Assembly: GCF_036365525.1 (NCBI RefSeq)
Contig: NC_090382.1
Span: forward strand, 94,535,982-94,599,981
Direction of reading: 5' to 3'
Origin: Heterodontus francisci
Lineage: Eukaryota
DNA length: 64,000 bases
The notes below the pieces were generated by a model. That model had not been told where the DNA came from. It saw only the letters and a list, made by a program, of their open reading frames with translations, and did no database searches. This document shows positions 1 through 11,180 of the stretch, piece after piece. The number at the start of each line of letters is the position of its first letter. The first letter of the stretch is position 1. Made by a program: the position numbers and the translations under genes.

Positions 1-319
1 TTGAAAGCTGTATCGATACAATTGTTGTATTTTAGCCAGCGTACATTGCATAAGCAGTGTTGGGAACGAATCGCAGCAGAAATGAATGCAAAGGAACCCT
101 CTGTTTGCCAGAGTTAGGTGTATTTCATAGTTACTGCCATTGTTGCTTCTTAGACTATGATGTCTTCATCGCATGGCAGAACATGGCTAGGCCATGTGTG
201 AAAACAAGATGGGTCAATTTTCAATTATTCCACCTTCCCTTTGGGGAAGCATGTGACTCTACTCCAGATGGTCAGGGGACTTCAGAAATTGGTTAATCAT
301 GAGACTGAACCTGAATCAG

Positions 320-463
320 GCAAATAAAAACAGAAAATGCAAAAATGCACATAAGGTTGATCGGCCAACCAAAGGGAAAGACTGCAAACCTAATGTTTTG
401 GGAGTGACCCTTCAACAGAACTCAAACTTTCAGATTTCCAGCATTCACTGTGTTTATTCTTTA
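320..463. mobile_element. Degenerate Penelope-like element (PLE) terminal remnant
   Basis: aaaaacagaaaatgc...gacccttcaacagaact followed by ttcagatttccagcat; decayed version of the termini at 44805-44885 and 45300-45425. Confidence 0.5.
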
Positions 464-1726
464 TTATTGCTCTCATCATTCACTATTTGCTCCAATGTGC
501 CACCATATCACCTGCCTTTGATTTTCTTAAGATTCAAATGTCTAGCAGCCATTAATCCCTATCCTGCACTATACTTTCATATAGTTACAGTTCTAGATGC
601 TGAAAACCATTTACATTCAAGCAGCACATATTGCTTTGTGCCTGCTACGGCAAATTCCTAACAGAAGCTTACACAGTCTCATTGGTCTTATCAGTACAGT
701 ACATATTGACTTTCATGGCTGGAGATGGAAGCTGTGACAAGGAGACCATCAACCACCTCTTCCGAAAAAATACAGAAGGGAAATATGTGATATTTAAAAC
801 ACTCTGTAAATTGAAAATTCATCTTATAATTACCCATGTGTTGACAGGCTTGGAAAGCATCTCAGCGAAGGGTTTAATGCCACTACTAGTATGCGAGGGG
901 GTATGCGTGCAATTCAGTTTGATTGCAAAGTACACATTTCTAAAGGACACTTTCCATATTGTTTTGTGAAAAGTGTTCTGAAAAGGAAAAAGAATGTCAT
1001 ACATTTATCACAAAAATACATCCACACCCTTTTTTTCCTTGCTTAGATGAACAGGGTAATTAACTATGTTTGTCCTTGTGCTTGTACTTCTCCAGAATAA
1101 TGCTTCAAGCCATTAGTTTAGCCTTTGAAATACACAGCCTGTCTTCACATTCCTAAGAGAATTCATTGAAGGACAGAACCCGCCTGACTCCAAATGAACC
1201 AATAAGGGATTTGAGTTTTGCCATATTTCTGTTCAAAGATCATCAGCAATTCATTCATGGGTACAATAAGGATGTCTACAAACGTGCATTTATTACAAAA
1301 TTATTTTCTTCAGTGCCTCTACAAGCACCATCTTTAATGTAACTGTGTCAATTGTATGGAACTGGTTAGGCATTCCGATCAGACAAGTGCAGCACACAGT
1401 GGATAAGTCTAACAATTTACTCTCATCTGGTACTGTATAACTGTTTATGCATCGTTGTCAATTCATGTAGTGTGTTGGCTGTAAGCTAGGCAAACCACAT
1501 GCTACCAAACAGATGAGTTATGTTGGGGACGACAGGGCATCCGGAACACTGATCAAGCATGCTTCAATCCAGTTGTAAAACTTTACTATAAGTGGTTGCA
1601 GTTAGCTAATACATACAAGGAGGTGTGCATGTTTCATAAACCAACATTTAAAAAGTTGGGTGACAAATACATTGGGTCATGCAAACCTTAATATATTACA
1701 GAAGACTCGTCTGGATGTGCTTCAAA

Positions 1727-1822
1727 GCTGGTTTGCTTCAGTTGGCAGAACTGTCAACTCGAGTCAGAAGGTTGTAGGTTCAGGCTAATTTAGGACTTGA
1801 AATCATATTGTTGGCTGACACC
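1727..1822 (+). mobile_element. 5' fragment of SacSINE1-like DeuSINE (tRNA-derived head)
   Basis: gagtcagaaggttgtaggttca...ggacttga...ggctgacac matches the head of the copies at 7528 and 48106. Confidence 0.6.
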
Positions 1823-2104
1823 TTAGGCCCTGAGGCTAATATGTGGTGATATAACCATAAATACGTGTATATGCCATAAACATTGTACTGCTGTGTAACA
1901 TCACAAATCTTCAAGTCTTACCATAGCAACATTTTGTTATACTGGAAAATTATTGTAGTTGGTGATATTCAGTTAAGCTCAGCAATATATTGGTGTACTG
2001 CAAAGCATTTTTCCGGAACAGAATAATTTTTACCAGTAATACCAGGAAAAGTTGCAATGTTTATGTACTTGCTTGCAACCAGTGGCCTGACTTATTTGTT
2101 TCAT

Positions 2105-2250
2105 TGTCATTGGGCCAAAATCCTGGAATTCCTTACCTAACAGAACTGTAGAAGTACCTTCACCACATGGACTGCAGCTGTTCAAGAAAGTGGGATGGGC
2201 AATAATTGTTGGCCTTGCCAGCAACACCCACATCCCATGAATGAATTTAA
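2105..2250 (+). mobile_element. 3' end fragment of CR1-group LINE (family 2)
   Basis: aaaatcctggaattcctt...ggactgcagc...gggatgggcaataa...cacatcccatgaatgaat; reverse complement of the tail at 18720-18900. Confidence 0.75.
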
Positions 2251-2719
2251 AAGAAAGTTGTGGAGAAAGAGGACGTACAAAAAAAAATCTCAGTATATGG
2301 AATGGAATGGAGTACCTGCATGGCAATTAGATGTGTTTGTGGTTCTAGCAAAAATATGGATAGTTTGTTGTAGGTCAAAACAAAATAGGGCACTGTGGTG
2401 TATTGTAATAGCTTTAGTATACTGCCTCTCTGCTGCCTCTCTGTTGGGAGGTGTAAATAAACGTTTTCAACATGGCTGCTCTCAGTAAAGACGTCATGTA
2501 GTTTTACTTAGTAAATACACAACAGAAACATGACGATGAAAGGATAGGATTGGGGCTTTTTTGCATTTCATTCAAGAGATTATAGTCTGAAGAACATTCT
2601 GACACATTTTTTGGAATCCCCAAAGTCAATTTTAAGGAAGTTTGAGTGATTTGAAAGATTGCTTCGTGTGTCTGCAATTCATGTTCAGTTCAACTCAGGT
2701 GAGTACGCAATTTATAAAA

Positions 2720-3450
2720 TATGGCACTGAAGGCATATTTTGGGACAATGGGGAATTTAATCCGAACAAAGAAGACAAGTGTAATTACAAATGAAGGTTA
2801 CACATTTGGCTGTAAGCTAATAAAATCCTAGATGAGGATAAGGTGAATGTTTTCCTGACCTGATGGGGCCAGATGCGTTTGAGGTGGTGTTTAACCAATG
2901 CTGTCCCCACAAGACCCCAGTACTTTGGACTATTCTGAAATAAATGAGATTCTGGCTCATATTTGGGCTGATGTAAGAATGAAATTGCATTCCATGGAAG
3001 GACGTAGTTGCCGAATGAGTCTATTGCAGATTATATTCTTGAATTAAAGGAACTGTCGTATCACTGTGGTTATGGTCTCAACTTAGAAGTCAACCTCAGA
3101 GACATGTACACTGGAGGTTGAAAGAACAGTAAAATCCAGGCCAAGCTTTTGTGTAAAGGCAACAAGCTGACGTGGAAAGAGGTCTGCAATGAGCCCACAG
3201 CCATGGAAAAGGCAGGCAGAGATAGCTGCAGGTTACAGTGAAGTTCTTTTCCTGAGCCAGCAGGGCAAGTCCACCGAATTTCAGCAGGAACCAGGCAGCT
3301 AAGTTCACAGACTCAAAGTCAGAAATGTAGATGTTATCAGTGCCATGGCAGCCACCAATCATCCAATGCTCCCATTTCCAGTCTAAGTGATATGCCTGTG
3401 GGAAAGTCGGTCATATCCAGATAGCATGTAGGAGTAGAGGAAACAGTAAT
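2720..3450 (+). pseudogene. Gypsy gag pseudogene (stops and frameshifts)
   Basis: MALKAYFGTMGEFNPNKED start and CCHC knuckles; in-frame stops. Confidence 0.75.
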
Positions 3451-3835
3451 GCTCCAGGTCGCAGAAATGCACCAGGTCAAGATCTTGGTAGACCTAAAGC
3501 TAGATCAGGCTTCTGGAATTCCTCAAAAGTGCATATGATGAATATGGAAATAGAAGTTAATGTTATCGAGCAGGAAGATTAAGAGTTACACTCAATCAGA
3601 GAGCAAGAAAAACAGAGCATAGAAGTTGAGAGACAAAGGGCTCAAGACATAATTCCAGCATCCACAGTAAAAATAAAAATCAGATATTCACAACTTACGT
3701 TCATAGTCATACAGCCGCAGCAGCATCTGTTATCTTGGAAGGAGAATACAAGAAGTCATAAGTCACATTCTCTTATGAAAAACTGTTATATAACTGAACA
3801 GTTATTCCAATAACAGTATTCCAGCATTAAGTGAA

Positions 3836-6800
3836 GTGAGTGTTAGTGTGGAATACAATGATGCATCCTTGGTAGGAGTAGGAGCAGGGAACAAAGTCTC
3901 CCTGATAGGAGGAGATTGGCTTAAGAAAATACATTTAAACTGGGCCAAGCTATATACAGTAGAGATCAGTAAGATTACGTCTGAAATTGAGGAATTGAAG
4001 ACCGATTCAATTTTAGCAAATGGGTTATCTATAAGTTACTTTACATACATAAATGACATGCCAGTGTCTGCAAGAGAAATTTCTGCAGAAGCTTGCAAAG
4101 ATGTGGTGATCAATACAGAACTCCTTTATGTTATGAATAGCTGGTCGAACGAGTGTGATGATGAGAAATTGCAAGAGTCTTACACATGCAGAAATGAACT
4201 AAGTGTAGATCAAGATTGTCTCCTATTGGGTATAAGAATCATTATTCCGCCAAGATTTAGAGAGAGATTGTCAGAGGAACTTCATAAAGAGCGCACTGGG
4301 ATAGTCCACATGAAAGCAGTAGCAAGAAGCTATTTTTGGTCTCCAAAGGTAGATAGAGATAGAACACAGAAAAAATACAGCACAGAAGGAGGCCATTCAG
4401 CCCATCGTGTCCATGTGGCCGAATAAGCTATCCACCCAAACTAATCCCACCTTTCAGCACCTGGTCCATAGCCCCGCAGGTTACAGCACCCTAGGTGCAT
4501 ATCCAGGCACCTTTTAAAAGAATTGAGGGTCTCTGACTCCACCACCAATCCTGGCAGTGAATTCCAGTAACCCGCCACCCTCCGCGTGAAAAAGTTTTTC
4601 CTCATGCCCTCGCTAATCCTTCTATCAATCACCTTAAATTTGTGTCCGTTGGTAACCGACCTCCCCATCAGGGGAAACAGGTCCTTTCTGTCTACTCTAT
4701 CTCGGCCCCTCATAATTTTGTACACCTCAATCACATCATCGCTCAGCTTCCTCAATTCCAGGGAAACCAACTCCAGCCTATCCAATCTTTCCTCATAGCT
4801 GCAACCCTCAAGCCTTGGCAACATTTTTGTAAATCTCATCTGCACTTTCTCCAGAGCAATTATGTCCTTTCTGTAATGTGGTGACCAGAACTGCACGCAG
4901 TACTCCAGCTGTGGCCTAAACTGCGCTCTATACAGCTCCTGCATTACATCCCTGCTTTTGTATTCTATACCTCGGCCAACAAAGGAAAGCATTCCATATG
5001 CCCTCTTCACCACTCTATCCACCTGTCCTGCCACCTTCAGGGACCTGTGGACATGCACTCCAAGGTCTTTCACTTATTCTACCCCTCTCAATATTCTCCA
5101 TTTTATTGTGTATTCCCTCGCTTTATTTTCCCTCCCCAAATGCATCACCTCACACTTCTCAGGCTGAATTCAATTTGCCACTCTTATGCCCACTCAACCA
5201 AACCATTGATATCATTCTGCAGTCCGTGACTCTCCTCATCACTATTAAATACACAGCCAATTTTTGTGTCATCAGCAAATTTCCCAATCATGCCTCCCAT
5301 ATTTAAGTCCAAATCATTAATATATACCACAAACAGCAAGAGATCCAACATTGAACACCACTGGAAACCGCTTTCCATTCACAAAAAAATCCGTCGACCA
5401 CTACCCTTTGTTTCCTGTCACTGAGCCAATTCTGGATCCAACCTGCCACCTTCCCCTGTATCCCATGAGCTTTCATTTTACTGACCAGTCTGCCATTCGG
5501 GACCTTGTCAAATGCCTTATTAAAATCCATGTAAATCACCTCCACTGCACTACATCTATCAATCCTCCTTGTTACTTCCTCAAAAAACTCAATCGTTAGT
5601 AAGACATGGCCTTCCCTTAACAAATCCATGCTGACTCTCCCTAATTAATCCATGCCTTTCTAAGTGGCAGTTTATCCTGTCCCTCAGAATAGATTCTAAC
5701 AATTTACCCACCACCAAGGCCAGACTGACTGGCTGATCCCTCGCGCCCTTTTTAGACAATGGTACAAACATTCGCAGACTTCCAACCATCTGATCCCTCG
5801 CCTGTATCTAGTGACGATTTGAAGATGATCCTCAGCGCAACCGCTACTTCCTCCCTGGCTTCTTTTAACAACCTGGGATGCAAAACATCCGGTCCTGGCG
5901 ATTTATCCACTTTCATATTGAAGATGTTGAAGAGTTGGTAAAAAGTTGTGACGTGTGTCTCAGAATGAGAAATGATCCAACCAAAGTTCCTTTTATTCCA
6001 TGGTCAAACACAAGAAAACCATGAGAACGAGTACATGTTAATTTCTTTGAAGTGGAAGGCAAAGAGAATTTTGTTTTGGTTGATAGCTATAGCAGGTGTT
6101 GCGTTTATGCCCAATACCACAAGTGCCAAAACTACTAAGGTATTGAGAAGTTGGTTTACAATTTATGGAATGCCAGAAGTGTTGGTGGCAGATAATGCTC
6201 CACAGTTTATGTCAGAATCAAACACACTCTACTACCTCTGTATCACCCAGCATCGAATGATGCTGCAGAAAGAAGAGTCCAAATTGTGAAGAGGTCTTTG
6301 CACAAGTATTTGCCAGGTGACAATCTTAGCAGTAATTTCCATGTTTCTCTTTGACACAGGCTTGTCAATTTTCTGTTCTCTTACAGAATAAACCCACAGT
6401 CGACAACAAGTTGCTCACCCTACAAGTTAGTGTTTAAGCATACTCCTAGGACAAGGTTTAGTTTGCTTAAGCCAGACGTCAATAGCAAGGTAAAAGAAGA
6501 GCAAGACAGAGTGAAGATGAGTCATGATACTCAAGGCATGAAACTTAAGAGAGTACAGTGCTGGTCAGAAGGTCATAGTGAAAAACCACCGAGGTGATAA
6601 GGATCAGTCTGTGGTTGGAATTCTTGTAAAAAGACCAGGTGCATTCACATATCTAGTGAAGGCTGGAGAGAGACTCTGTCAGTGTCATGTCAATCATTTG
6701 CTTGAAAGAGGAAATCTGACAAAGGGAGAGCATGAGAAACTGCTTATAATCCAAATTCCTACAGTCCCGAGTGAAAGTCAGAATGAAGACAGTCACAAAA

Positions 6801-7024
6801 AAACTGAAAGTTTGCCGGTATCACAGAATGAGCCAGGGTTTTTGATTAAGACCAAGCAATCAATTTCACAGTCCCAATCATTAAGTAGAGTTGGTAGTCA
6901 AAGTAAAAGTTTAGGGTCGACACAGTCTCAGATGTTGGGAGAGCAGAGTCAAGTTAATGAAAATGGAAGAAGATATCCAGACAGAATGAGAAAAAAGCCA
7001 GAAAGGTTAATTGAAAGTATGTAG
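3836..7024 (+). pseudogene. Gypsy protease C-terminus fused to integrase; split by CR1 at ~4360-5915, frameshifted
   Basis: ORFs 3836-4426, 5972-6289 and 6578-7024 carry the integrase zinc-binding, DDE-core and C-terminal motifs. Confidence 0.85.
4361..5915 (-). mobile_element. CR1/HER1-like LINE, 5'-truncated (RT domain to 3' UTR)
   Basis: Minus-strand ORFs with SQHGFVKGR, YMDFNKAFDKVP, KFADDTK, RPQLEYCVQFWSP, FFTRRV..WNSLP; 3' tail near 4361. Confidence 0.95.
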
Positions 7025-7527
7025 GAAGGAAAAGGAAATATGTTGCTCTTTTCATTACTTCTTGCCAATGATGATATTTTTGACAAGACATACTGGTGTT
7101 AAAGAAAAACAATTTTTTTGACATGTAAATTATCCTGAAAATATTGGATTTATATGTTTTAGTTGTGATTACAGTAACAAGCATGCAACCCAACCTATTA
7201 CATTTCAGGATATTGTTATTGTATTCTGGGAAATTACGTACATGTACCATTTTACACTTACTGTATAAGTTTTTTAAAGTGGGGAGGGAGTGTGGTATAT
7301 TGTAATATCTTTTGTATACTGCCTCCCTTTCTGTTGGGAGGTGCAAATAAAAGTTTTCAACATGGCTGCTCCCAATAAAGACCTCATCTCGTTTACTCGG
7401 TAAATATATAAAGAACACAGGAGACTCGAGAAAGTGGTGTGCTGAAATCACTATACTTCTGTTCCCAGAAACTTGTTTTCTGTATTTAATAGTGCTGTTC
7501 AATTAAGTTAATAAAATAATTGTGTGT

Positions 7528-8515
7528 GTCAGCTGCACTTCAGCCGCTAGCACTCTTGCCTCTGGGTCATCATGTTCAAGTCCTCATCAAGGACTTGAGC
7601 ACAGAAATCAAGGCTGACACTCCAGTGCAGTACTGAGGGAGTGCTGCACTGTTGGAGGTGCCGTCATTTGGATGAGACGTTGAACGGAGACCCTGTCTGC
7701 CTTCTCAGGTGGATGTTGAAGATATCATGACACTGAGCTGAATTTTAAGAGTCTGCCCCTTCTCATAAAATGGCGGCCTGCATGTGCGTACCACACGCCA
7801 AAGAGCCACTGCAATCTCCCAATCATGGAAAGGGAGCGGGCTGTCCCCATCGATGTTGTCAGCTGCCTATGTGCAGGTGCTGGCGCCATTTTTAAAGGGC
7901 AGTCAGCCCTGCCGGTCGATTTGTACTTTTAAAGCACTATCCCGCCAAAATTTCTAATGCCCCTTTCCCAACCCCCAATAACAGTTGCATTAAGTATTTG
8001 TCCTTGCCCCCCAAAAACACTTAACTGTTAAATCTGACCTTACCCCAGCCCTGCAGACTACACAAAGTTTAAAGTTCAACACTTCTCACCATCCCCTACA
8101 CACATTTATTTGATCCCATCACCACCCCCCCCCCCCCCACAACACTGAAAATTGTAACTTCTCCCCCTCCACACCAGTGTCATGCTGGCTTTCCCTGGAT
8201 GGGGAAATTGAAAGTGCAGGAGTGCTGGCCAGTGCGCCGAAGATTGCGGTGGGCCCAGAAGATTGAAGGTAAGTTGATTTAAATTTATGCAGGTTGTTAA
8301 TTTAAATATTTAAATCCAGGTCCCGTTGCCCAGTGGTGGGGGGGGCCGCCACGGAGCCTCGCCGCCGCCGTGAGGATCGGGTCGGGCCCTTCTGGCGTCG
8401 GCCTCCGTGGCGGACCACTGCCAGCATCATCATCCGCGCCGCACCCCCCCACACCACCTGCCATGGAGCCCGACATCATGGGCTTGGTAAAATCCAGCTC
8501 ACTAGTTTTAAGAAG
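7528..8515 (+). mobile_element. SacSINE1-like DeuSINE, interrupted by a MITE at 7735-8500
   Basis: Deu-domain sequence gtgcagtactgagggagtgctgcactgttggaggtgccgtc; resumes as actagttttaagaag after the MITE. Confidence 0.85.
7735..8500. mobile_element. Harbinger-type MITE
   Basis: TIRs gagctgaatttta / taaaatccagctc; 3-bp TSD ACT at 7732-7734 and 8501-8503; non-coding, GC/CpG-rich. Confidence 0.85.
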
Positions 8516-8619
8516 GCTTCTACTCTTGCCCCTCATCAAAGGTGGAAGGTGGAGCTGCATAAACTGCTCCCATGCTGTGGTGAAGACTGGGAGCAGGGAA
8601 GTGTAGCTGAAGGTGAGTG

Positions 8620-9095
8620 AAGTGTTATACAGGTGAAGTGTCTTCACAGCAGTTGACAATCACCTTCCAAGCAGTGAAAACACTCTCTGAGAGACGGTGT
8701 GCTTTGAACAGCAGTCTCCCAATGGCCAGGGCTGGAGCTCTTCTGTGTAACTAATCAAACCCTTCCCAGCTTGTCAGTTTCACAGAAGAAGCTCTTTCCG
8801 CTGTGCACTTACCTCGATGACACTGGCAGGGAAACATGTTCCATTGCTGGGAAATTCAGGATTCAATGTTAAAACGGCTAATAATTGGCTTCTTACAGCC
8901 TCAACCACTTCTTAATTACTTACCCAGGACATGCAAGGGGGTTCCCTGCTCTCCTTCAATCCTGCCCTGGAGAAAGCCGGCAGAGGGTGGGGTAATGTTG
9001 GGATCCCTATCTGATGTCACTTTCTGGGATTTTCCCATCCCACTCTCCCCTGAACCCGCCTCCAATGACCTGGGAAAATTACCACAAAAAATCTG
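8620..9095. mobile_element. Degenerate MITE fragment, probably related to 58711-59415
   Basis: Patchy reverse-complement similarity to the 58711-59000 interior; end uncertain. Confidence 0.4.
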
Positions 9096-9310
9096 GCATA
9101 CGTCTCCCTCCCCACACAAAGTGCAGAACAATGATAGTTTTAGTCTCACTTGAATGTTACCTTTCTTGAACTATAGTGTTCAGAAAGGATAAAGTCCATG
9201 TTTGAAATAAGCAGGTTATAAAAGCAATTGTATTTGCCCACTATCATGCAAGAGAGCACACTATCTGTACCACACATTCCATTACAATAAGTGCTGTGCC
9301 AACCAAGGAT

Positions 9311-9944
9311 TTCTTTCTTTCTTTTCTTTTGGGCCTCCTTATCTTGAGAGACAATGGAATACGCGCCTGGAGGTGGTCAGTGGTTTGTGAAGCAGCGCCT
9401 GGAGTGGCTATAAAGGCCAATTCTGGAGTGACAGGCTCTTCCACAGGTGCTGCAGAGAAATTTGTTTGTCAGGGCTGCTGCACAGTTGGCTCTCCCCTTG
9501 CGCCTCTGTCTTTTTTCCTGCCAACTACTAAGTCTCTTCGACTCGCCACAATTTAGCCCTGTCTTTATGGCTGCCCGCCAGCTCTGGCGAATGCTGGCAA
9601 CTGACTCCCACGACTTGTGGTCAATGTCACACGATTTCATGTCGCGTTTGCAGACGTCTTTATAGCGGAGACATGGACGGCCGGTGGGTCTGATACCAGT
9701 GGCGAGCTCGCTGTACAATGTGTCTTTGGGGATCCTGCCATCTTCCATGCGGCTCACATGGCCAAGCCATCTCAAGCGCCGCTGACTCAGTAGTGTGTAT
9801 AAGCTGGGGGTGTTGGCCGCTTCAAGGACTTCTGTGTTGGAGATATAGTCCTGCTACCTGATGCCAAGTATTCTCCGAAGGCAGCGAAGATGGAATGAAT
9901 TGAGACGTCGCTCTTGGCTGGCATACGTTGTCCAGGCCTCGCTG
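9311..9944 (-). mobile_element. RTE-clade LINE, 5'-truncated
   Basis: RWLGHVSRMEDGRIPK...CSTCGRACHSRIGLYSHSRRC; (GAAA)n tail; TSD ccaaggat at 9303-9310 and 9945-9952. Confidence 0.95.
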
Positions 9945-11064
9945 CCAAGGATACCAGACAAATATAGATACTGAGTCCTCCTCCAACAAAATTTACCTTG
10001 CTCTCAAATAGCAACTCCTCTCTTATGGCAAATGAATTGTCAGCTTTTATGCAGCGTGTTGTAAATCAAACTGTGGGAGATTTTTGGATAGGAGTAAAAT
10101 CATATATCAAGGAATATAAGCAGCAGTTAACCTCTGCAGAGAATTAATCATGGCAAAAATACTGCACAGTGCTTGGCAAAATCAAGCTGATTAGTGATCA
10201 CATCTGGTCACAGAGTTTACTTCAAGTTAGGTAGTTTCAGTTGCGGACATGAATTCAATTCAAATGTACCCAGCTCAACACAATGAATTCTTTAAGGTGG
10301 GTCATCAAAGATTAACTAATACAGACAGGATGGCTGGTCAACACCACAGAATTCCCCATTGTTTGTCAGGTTGTCCCCCCACCCCGAGCAAAGAGAGTGG
10401 TCTCACATATGAAAGTTGGGCAGCAACACTTGAAGGGAACAGATTGCAGGCACATAGACCATGATGCGCCAGCTATTCAGTGTAATAGGCAGAAAACCCT
10501 GCTTTGTGTACTCCTGATTTCCTGTACTTGTGAGCAACACTTCCCACTGGGAGTGTGGAATTGAGCCTTATATAGTGGAGACATTATACAGCAGTAATCT
10601 ACTGAACATGGCTTGACTGCTGGTCAAGTCAATAGTTATTGTGCATACACGACGAGGAATGATTGTGAATAAAACCAATCACCTTCCACCAGCATAGCAA
10701 ACGTAATGGAGATTTAGATAAGTTCAATCGGGCCCACACTGAAACAGAAGAGGCAAAGGACAATCCGATCCAGACTAAAAGTACGTTCATCTTCAAAATA
10801 GTGGAAATGCCCCATGAAAAGCATCCAAAAGAATGCAGGGTCAAAAATAAAAGGCATATTGAAAATTGAGACAAGTCATCAAAAAACAACTAGCACTAGA
10901 ATCCAATTTCAAACATAACAGAACTAAAGTATTAAAGTTAATTGAAAGACAAAACAATTAAGCTAAATAAGAATGACCAATTTAGAGGGATATTTTTGAC
11001 TTCTGCCTGCCCAATGCCAGCATCCGAAAGCCTGAACCATCTTTATGTAGCCGGTGAACTTATC

Positions 11065-11180
11065 TTTTTATTCGTTTCATGGGATGTGGGCGATGCTGGC
11101 ATTTGTTGCCCATCCCTATTTGCCCTTAAGAGGGTGGTGGTGAGCGGCTTTATTGAAATGCTGCAGTCCATCTGGTGTGA
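11065..11180 (-). mobile_element. CR1-group LINE (family 2) 3' tail fragment
   Basis: tttttattc...atgggatgtggg...ttgcccatccct...gtggtggtgagc. Confidence 0.7.

Larger units (their letters stand above)
2394..7419 (+). mobile_element. Gypsy/Ty3 LTR retrotransposon, decayed and RT/RNaseH-deleted, interrupted by a CR1 LINE
   Basis: Direct ~130-bp LTRs at 2394-2530 and 7291-7419 (both start TGTGGT and share ttttcaacatggctgct); PBS-like tgacgatga after the 5' LTR; PPT ggggagggag before the 3' LTR; gag (GEFNPNKED, two zinc knuckles incl. CGKVGHIQIAC ~3390-3430); protease tail LIGGDWL; integrase motifs ARSYFW, VKSCDVC, LVADNAPQF, SNDAAER; C-terminal RRYPDRMRKKPERL. Confidence 0.92.

Noticed and set aside
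155-213. Possible exon encoding DYDVFIAWQN, reminiscent of TIR box 1
   Set aside because: Weak donor (gtcaat) and no further TIR motifs
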